From positions 3,744,001 through 3,808,000 of the forward strand of contig OZ253470.1 in the NCBI GenBank assembly GCA_965261735.1: a stretch of 64,000 nt of DNA. Reading direction: 5' to 3'. Under the pieces are notes generated by a model that saw nothing but the letters and a program-made list of their open reading frames with translations, searched no databases and was not told the origin of the DNA. The position numbers were made by a program, and so were the translations under genes. Source of the stretch: Alphaproteobacteria bacterium (GTDB lineage: Bacteria > Pseudomonadota > Alphaproteobacteria > SHVV01). Shown in pieces: positions 57,812 to 64,000 of this stretch. Every line of letters begins with the position of its first letter. Within the stretch, counting starts at the first letter, position 1.

Positions 57812-58393
57812 CATCGTTCATCGTCCAAAGGGTTGGAGCAGGCGCCCGTTCCAGTAAACGATGCATGAAGACTGTCGAGGCTGTTGTTAAGTGTGGAAAA
57901 TTGCCCCCCTATTGGGGGTGATCGGCGTCCAAAATTGGATCTGTCGCGATCTCGATGCTGTTAGTGGCCTATGCACGCGAGATGCCGGCGAACGGAGGCC
58001 AGATCGACGATCTGAAGGCCTCCCAGCGCCAGATGCAGGGATGCGCCGATCTGGATGTGCTCAGCGTCCGCCTTGTCGCTACTGTCCGAAGCCGCCGTCA
58101 TCGAGATTGAGTCAGACCCAATATTCCACGCCGATCAACACCCGAGCCGCTGCGCTGGCCGAGTGGAGGCAACTTGCAGCATAGTGGTCCTCAACTGAAG
58201 GTTCTGCAGGTCCGAGCCCAGTTTGTCTGATGGTATGGACGCCCCCTACGGCTTCACGATGAGCCATACTGGAGTGTGTTGAACAACCCAGACAGAGGGA
58301 GCGTCCACGATGGATATTACGACAATTGGGTTCGCGATTATCAACTTGACACGTCACGCCTCAATCTCCATATGCAGGGGACAGGAGGAAATA

Positions 58394-59248
58394 ATGACGA
58401 CTTTCTACGATTTTCAGCAGCAGTTTCCCGATGACGAGGCGTGCCTTCACCACATAATGGTGAAGCGTTACGGCGGCACCGAGATTGACTGCCCGAAGTG
58501 CGGGGCGCATGGGAAGTTCTACCGCCTGGCACGTGATCGCGCGTATCTCTGCCAGCACTGCAAACACCACATTTATCCGTGCGCAGGCACATTCATGCAC
58601 CGCACGCATCTGCCGCTTCACAAGTGGTTCTACGCCATAGTCCTGTTCACCACATCGCGCCACGGCGTCCCCGCGAAGGAACTGGAGCGCCAACTTGACG
58701 TGTCCTATCCCACGGCTTGGCGCATGGGCCATTTGATCCGCAAGCACATGGCTAATACTGACGGAGAGTGGCCGCTGGACGGCGATATTGAAGCCGACGA
58801 GACCTATGTTGGTGGCCGTACGACCGGTGGCAAGCGCGGTCGCGGCGCTCTGAACAAGACCGTGGTGTTCGGGATGCTGGAGCGCGACGGCGACGTGATG
58901 GCGAACGTTGTCCCGAACGTTCGAAAGCGGACTTTGCAGGCGTTTATCTCCGAGAACGTCGAGCCGGGTAGCACCGTTCATACTGACGAACTCAAGTCTT
59001 ACAGCGGATTGGCGACGATTGGGTATACGCACCAGACCGTCAACCACAGCGCGGGCCAGTACGCGCGCAGCTCTAGCCATGTGAACTCGATTGAGGGCTT
59101 TTGGGCGCGGTTGAAGCTGTCGATTCGCGGGACGCACGTTCATGTGTCCGGGAAGCACCTTCAGAAGTATGTGAAGGAGTTTGAGTATCGCTATAACCGC
59201 CGGAAGCGGCCTGGAACGATGTTTGGCGATCTGGTGGCCCGCTTCTAA
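58394..59248 (+). CDS. IS1595 transposase (element C), intact
   Basis: CPKCG, EADETYVGG, HTDE and VNSIEGFW motifs. Confidence 0.95.
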   Translation: MTTFYDFQQQFPDDEACLHHIMVKRYGGTEIDCPKCGAHGKFYRLARDRAYLCQHCKHHIYPCAGTFMHRTHLPLHKWFYAIVLFTTSRHGVPAKELERQLDVSYPTAWRMGHLIRKHMANTDGEWPLDGDIEADETYVGGRTTGGKRGRGALNKTVVFGMLERDGDVMANVVPNVRKRTLQAFISENVEPGSTVHTDELKSYSGLATIGYTHQTVNHSAGQYARSSSHVNSIEGFWARLKLSIRGTHVHVSGKHLQKYVKEFEYRYNRRKRPGTMFGDLVARF

Positions 59249-59310
59249 GCATCCGGTCCAAGAGCGCATCGAAGCGTTGCCATGCGATCTCGGGCGGATA
59301 GGCATTGTCT

Positions 59311-59826
59311 TTATTCACCGCCCGCCTCCGATTGCATCTTTCCCCATAGGCGCCGAGCGCCGCGTATGTTCCGAACTCTCGCTTCAGCACCAAGGCGGAC
59401 GAGAAATCTGTGCCAGCCCGCAGTGATCCCCTTCCCTGTCACAGGTGGATGGGGAATACGTAATCCGTCTAAAGCTCTCGCTAGTTTGCGAACGTTTTCC
59501 TCATCACGCCCTTCTATTTCTACCTGCCCAATTCGGCCGGGGTTCACATACCATTCAAGACTGACCCGCACGCTGGTGAATTCATCGGTCATACCTCCCA
59601 AGCGATTGGATGGGCGGAAAAGCTGGTGCAGATGCCAGCTCATATAAATGAACGCCACACTGAACATGGCAGTGAAGGCGGCATATTCCGGTGTGCTCAA
59701 CTCCTTCAAGCCTCCGCCCCAAATCCATGAGACGACGCTCCATACGAGACCTCCGAAGAACAACAACCAGCCCAGAAGCCGCACCACGTACAGGGCCTTG
59801 CCCAGGAGAATCTTGCTCTGGTCCAT
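59311..59826 (-). CDS. Passenger membrane protein of unknown function (2 TM + soluble domain)
   Basis: 171-aa ORF fully inside the IRs, convergent with the transposase. Confidence 0.65.
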   Translation of the reverse strand: MDQSKILLGKALYVVRLLGWLLFFGGLVWSVVSWIWGGGLKELSTPEYAAFTAMFSVAFIYMSWHLHQLFRPSNRLGGMTDEFTSVRVSLEWYVNPGRIGQVEIEGRDEENVRKLARALDGLRIPHPPVTGKGITAGWHRFLVRLGAEARVRNIRGARRLWGKMQSEAGGE

Positions 59827-60899
59827 GCCCGAAGCGTACTCGCCCGCCGTGACGTGTCAAGTTGATAATCGCGATTGGGTTTGATCTGGCAAAGACGGTG
59901 TTCCAGGTTCACGGTGCTGATGGTGAGGGACGACCGGTACTACGGCGGAAGCTGCGCCGCGGGAAGGTGCTGGCGTTCTTCGCCGGATTGCCATCCTGTC
60001 TTGTCGGTATGGAAGCCTGTGCCTCTGCGCACTATTGGGCTCGGGAACTGCAAGCACACGGGCACAAAGTTCAGCTGATTCCGCCTCAATACGTTCGTCC
60101 CTTCGTCAAAACGAATAAGAACGACGCAGCGGATGCGGAAGCGATCTGTGAGGCAGTGACGCGTCCGACGATGCGCTTTGCACCGGCGAAAAGCGCCGAG
60201 CAGCAGTCGGTTCTGATGCTGCACCGGGCCCGAGAGCTGTTGGTCCGTCAACGCACGATGGTGATCAATGCGCTGCGCGGCCACTGTGCGGAGTTCGGAC
60301 TGATCGTCGCTCAGGGGGCGTCGAAGGTGGAGGAACTGGTTGCCATCATCGAAGATCCCGGCGATGTGCGACTGCCGCCTCTGGCACGCGAGGCGCTTGG
60401 CTCTCTGGTTGAGCAGCTCCGCTCTGCTCAGGCCCGGATCAAGCAGCTGGAGGCGACACTTATGGCATGGCACCGCTCCAACGAGGCGAGCCGCCGGCTT
60501 GCGACGATCCCCGGCGTCGGTGTCATCACCGCGACGGCGCTGGTCGCGACGATCGGAGATGGCGCGCAGTTTCGCTCGGGCCGGCAGCTCTCGGCCTGGC
60601 TCGGTCTCGTGCCCCGACAACACTCGAGTGGCGGCAAGGACAGGCTGGGGCGGATCTCGAAGCGCGGGGATGGCTATATCAGGCGCTTGCTCGTGCATGG
60701 TGCGCGAAGCGTGCTGCGCTGGCGCCGCGCCAAGCCGGGCACGGGGCCTGGCTGGACCGACCGGCTCCTGGCGCGGCGGCCGACAAACGTGGTGCTGGTC
60801 GCCATGGCCAATAAGGCAGCCCGTGTCGCCTGGGCACTGCTCAGGTACGAGCGTATCTACCGACCGACACCGGCATAGCCAGCTGGCAAACCGGGATCA

Positions 60900-61075
60900 A
60901 ATTGCGAGGGTGACGACGATTTGATGGCGAAACAGGGTTCCACCCGAGATCGGCCAAACCCGAGGCATTGTCCGAGCATCAAGCTCGTTAGTCTGACTGG
61001 GCGTCGATCTTTCGGATTCCATCAGGGCCAGCGGTCAGCGTACCGCAGCGAAAAGGCCGGATACATGACTGCAAG
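60900..61075 (+). ncRNA. Bridge/seek RNA of the IS1111-type element (boundaries approximate)
   Basis: Four short segments match the target and donor-junction strands, each pair separated by a hairpin. Confidence 0.8.
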
Positions 61076-61146
61076 CTCTACCGCCGATTCAAATCAGTTT
61101 TCCCCTTGCAACACCGGGGGCGTCCATACATGACAATGCCCCGCCT

Positions 61147-61641
61147 CTACTCCACTTGCCCCGACGCCGTGATTTTGGCGGCGTTGTTGGGGGATTGCTC
61201 GATCTTGCGGACGACGTCCATGCCCTCGACGACATGGCCGAAGACGACATGCTTGCCGTCCAGCCAGGGCGTCGGCACAGTGGTAATGAAGAATTGCGAG
61301 CCATTGGTGCCCGGCCCGGAATTGGCCATTGAGAGCAGGCCCGGCCGGTCGTGGATGAGCGTGAATTTCTCGTCCTCGAACCGCGCCCCGTAGATCGACT
61401 TGCCGCCACGCCCGTCGCCGTTCGTGAAATCTCCGCCCTGGATCATGAAATCGGGAATCACGCGATGGAAGCGGGAGCCCGCATAGCCGAAGCCCGGCTC
61501 GCCGGTCGCGAGCTGGCGGAAGTTCTCGGCCGTCTTCGGCACGATGTCGTGGCGCAACTCCAGCACGATGCGTGCGGCCGGCTGGTCGTCGATCGCGATA
61601 TCGAAATAGATCTGCGGGTTTTTTTCCTGGGTGTCAGCCAC
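61147..61641 (-). CDS. ppiA: Cyclophilin-type peptidyl-prolyl isomerase
   Basis: [43 protein letters not shown] and LDGKHVVFG motifs; start uncertain (61641 or 61731). Confidence 0.93.
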   Translation of the reverse strand: MADTQEKNPQIYFDIAIDDQPAARIVLELRHDIVPKTAENFRQLATGEPGFGYAGSRFHRVIPDFMIQGGDFTNGDGRGGKSIYGARFEDEKFTLIHDRPGLLSMANSGPGTNGSQFFITTVPTPWLDGKHVVFGHVVEGMDVVRKIEQSPNNAAKITASGQVE

Positions 61642-61729
61642 GGCGAGTCCCCCGGGGGTGCCGAGGCCGAAAACGAACGCCGCGGCAATGTATGTCACCC
61701 ATTGACGCACCGCGCTCCGCGCGCGCTCC

Positions 61730-61787
61730 ATCTTCTCCTTGGCCGGAAGTGTTGGCGATCTTCTCCTTGGCCGAAAGTGTTGGCGAT
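61730..61787. repeat. 28-bp tandem duplication
   Basis: ATCTTCTCCTTGGCCG(G/A)AAGTGTTGGCG x2. Confidence 0.9.
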
Positions 61788-61974
61788 GTGGTTGTGTCTG
61801 GAGTTCCGTCGTCTTTGGCGTCCATGTCGTTTCATTATCCTTTTGCAAGAGTCGATGTCTGACGATCTCTACTATCCGCTTGACTATCATTTGTGTGATC
61901 TGAAGGTCAAAGGCGCCGCTTCGGATCCTTGGTATTGGAAACGCCGAGAACGATTCAGCCGGGATTTCCAATGT

Positions 61975-62747
61975 AGCACCGTTCAGCTTCGGCGGGCTCG
62001 ACGCCGACGGCCCGCCCGGCATCGCTGCGGAGGGCCACCGGCGGGCGCTCACCGGGCTGCTGCCGGCGGTGCGCGCCATCGCCGCCGGCCTCGCCGCCCA
62101 CTTTGTGCCGGGCACGCCGGTCTACGGCCGGCCGCTCCCGGATATCGATGCGCTGCTGATGCGCCAGGACCTCGCCGGGTCCTACGCGCGCGTGCTCGAC
62201 GACGCACTCGCCCGCGCCGCCACGGAAGAGCGCCAGGCGCTCGCCCGCGTGGTTGCCGAGGACGCCAGGGAAGCGAGCTGGATGGCGGTCGCCGGTTCTT
62301 CAACACCATTGCCCATCGCGCCGGCCTGTTCCAGGCCGCCGCCCACAACGTCCCCGCCGTGGCCCTGCCGACCCCCAGTCTTGCCGAATGGGCGCCGGCG
62401 GCGGATGCTGCCGTCAAGGGCGTGGCCGCCCAGCTCGCGCGCTCGCCCCATTACCATCCGATGCTGCTCTCCGCCGCGACCTCCGGCGCCGGCGCCCTGC
62501 CGTCGGCGGACGGAGATGGCGGCGGCATGGTCTCGGGCCTGCTGGAGTTCATCGACCTCGATAGCGTCATCGTCGCCGACAGCTACCGGCTCCGGCCTTT
62601 TCGAGTCCATCCCCTTCATCGGCAAGGGGCTCGATGTCTTCGAGTCCGCCTGGCAGGTCTCCGACGCCCTGGTCTCGACCCTGCTCGGCATCCTGATATT
62701 CGCCGGCGCCGTGCTGGCCTACGTACTGCCGGCGCTGCCCTTCATCC
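61975..62747 (+). pseudogene. Frameshifted membrane-protein fragment, possibly DotA/TraY-like
   Basis: GAVLAYVLPALPFI resembles the DotA/TraY conserved TM motif; truncated by IS. Confidence 0.4.
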
Positions 62748-63845
62748 ATCCGGTTAACGCCCATGACCGCTACATGTAGGGTGCCGCCACTCTCCCGAGT
62801 AAAGCTCGGCATAGGTTGGAGCAGAGGTGTCGCCCGCGATGCCGAGCAATGAGCGGAAGGCGTTGAACGGGTAGAACCGCCTGTTGAAGCGGAAGGTGAA
62901 CTCGTTGAGGTAGGCTTGTAGGTGCTGGTGGCTAACGCCGTGGTGGATACCGATCAGCCACGTCTTCAGGTTGGCGAAAACCAGATGGATGATCGGCAGG
63001 TATTGCTCGGCAACCTCTGGATCACCACACTCGGCAACAGCGAAGTGCTCATAGCCGCGCTTCCCGAGGCCAGCATAGCCGCTCCAATCGTCAGTAACGA
63101 TCAGCGATCGCGGCGCGACGGTGCTCTCGACGAACCCACAGAGCGACTCGGCGCTACGGTCGAGCACGACGGCGAGCCGAACGCGTCCGGCATAGCGTCC
63201 GTCTTTCCGGTTGTCGAGCTTGGTGCCCGGCTTTCGATGACGCACCTCGATGGCACAGGAGACGGGAACCTTGTGGTGAACACCACGGCCTTCCCCACGC
63301 GTTCGCCCGCCAACCCAGGTTTCGTCCACCTCAACATGGTTCTTGGGCTGTCCACCGATCCTGTCTTGGTTGGGCCGCACCATGCCCGAGCGGAGCTTGT
63401 GGAGAATTTGAAAGGCCGTCTCGTAGCGCGAAAGACCAAGTTGCCGCTGAAACTGCACGGCGGACATGCCGGGCGTCTGACTGGCGACCAGATAAGCGGC
63501 CCAGAACCAGACGTTCAGCGGAGTGTGGCTACGCTCCATCACTGTTCCCACCGTCAGCCCGGTGTTCTGGCGGCACTTGCGGCAGCGCAGGACGCCAGGG
63601 CGGTTTTCAAAGTGGAACGGCTCTCCCGCCGTGCCGCAGTGCGGGCAGGCAAAGCCGTCTCCCCAGCGGGCTTTCTCCAGGTAGGCGGCGCAGGCCGCAT
63701 CATCGGGGAAAAGTCGCTGGAACTCGGGTAGCGAATGCGGGAATGGGAGATCGGCGCGGTCGAGAACATCCATGGCGCGCTCCCCTATATCCGGGTTGCG
63801 CCCATTCTAGCCCTAGTGGGTGTGGGTGTAAACCGGATATGCAAG
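62748..63845 (-). mobile_element. IS1595 element A (intact 339-aa ORF 62754-63773; right IR clipped)
   Basis: Identity to the other copies. Confidence 0.95.
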
Positions 63846-64000
63846 AACCGGGGCACCCTGTTGTTCTTGGCGGTGGCGGCGCCTATTATCTTTTCTGGTA
63901 GTTCCGCCATGAGGGACAGGTAATTTGGGAAGGACACCTCGGTGACGATCACGCGCTCCACTTATGATGCACCGACGCAGGCGGCCGCCCTGCCGCCCGC

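Larger units (their letters stand above)
58333..59873 (+). mobile_element. IS1595-family element C with a passenger gene
   Basis: 26-bp perfect IR CGCGATTATCAACTTGACACGTCACG; TSD ATTGGGTT. Confidence 0.96.
58231..61133 (+). mobile_element. IS110-family (IS1111 group) element, transposase split by IS1595 C
   Basis: 14-bp subterminal IR GTATGGACGCCCCC (58233-58246 / 61116-61129); TGA core on both sides; MDITTIG|FDLAK, MEAC, KNDAADA and SSGGK motifs. Confidence 0.93.

Noticed and set aside
58310-59248. IS110-IS1595 hybrid transposase ORF
   Set aside because: Chance in-frame join created by the insertion; element C has its own RBS and ATG at 58394

Overview
High-GC, probably alphaproteobacterial chromosomal segment (mreB, HU, amtB/P-II, class III adenylate cyclase, ABC solute-binding proteins) undergoing heavy insertion-sequence expansion. 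By my coordinate tally roughly half the window is IS DNA: 11 copies or fragments of one ~1.1-kb IS1595-family element, two other IS1595 elements, and IS66, IS630 x2, IS3 x2, IS21 x2, ISKra4-like x2, IS256 and IS110/IS1111. Elements are frequently nested and pseudogenes are common, a pattern typical of early genome reduction. Most notable points: (1) an IS1595 transporter-IS carrying a type II restriction-modification pair; (2) an IS66 carrying a translationally coupled DNA adenine methyltransferase; (3) a YIDD group II intron-like (G2L4-type) reverse transcriptase convergent with an exonuclease I gene across a ~290-nt structured spacer; (4) an IS1111-type element whose bridge/seek RNA target and donor guides can be read from the sequence; (5) a ~39-kb inversion inferred from split ends and a split target-site duplication; (6) an amtB / divergent P-II / STAS cluster facing a partner-switching and sensor-kinase operon. 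All family calls come from motif recognition; no database searches were run.
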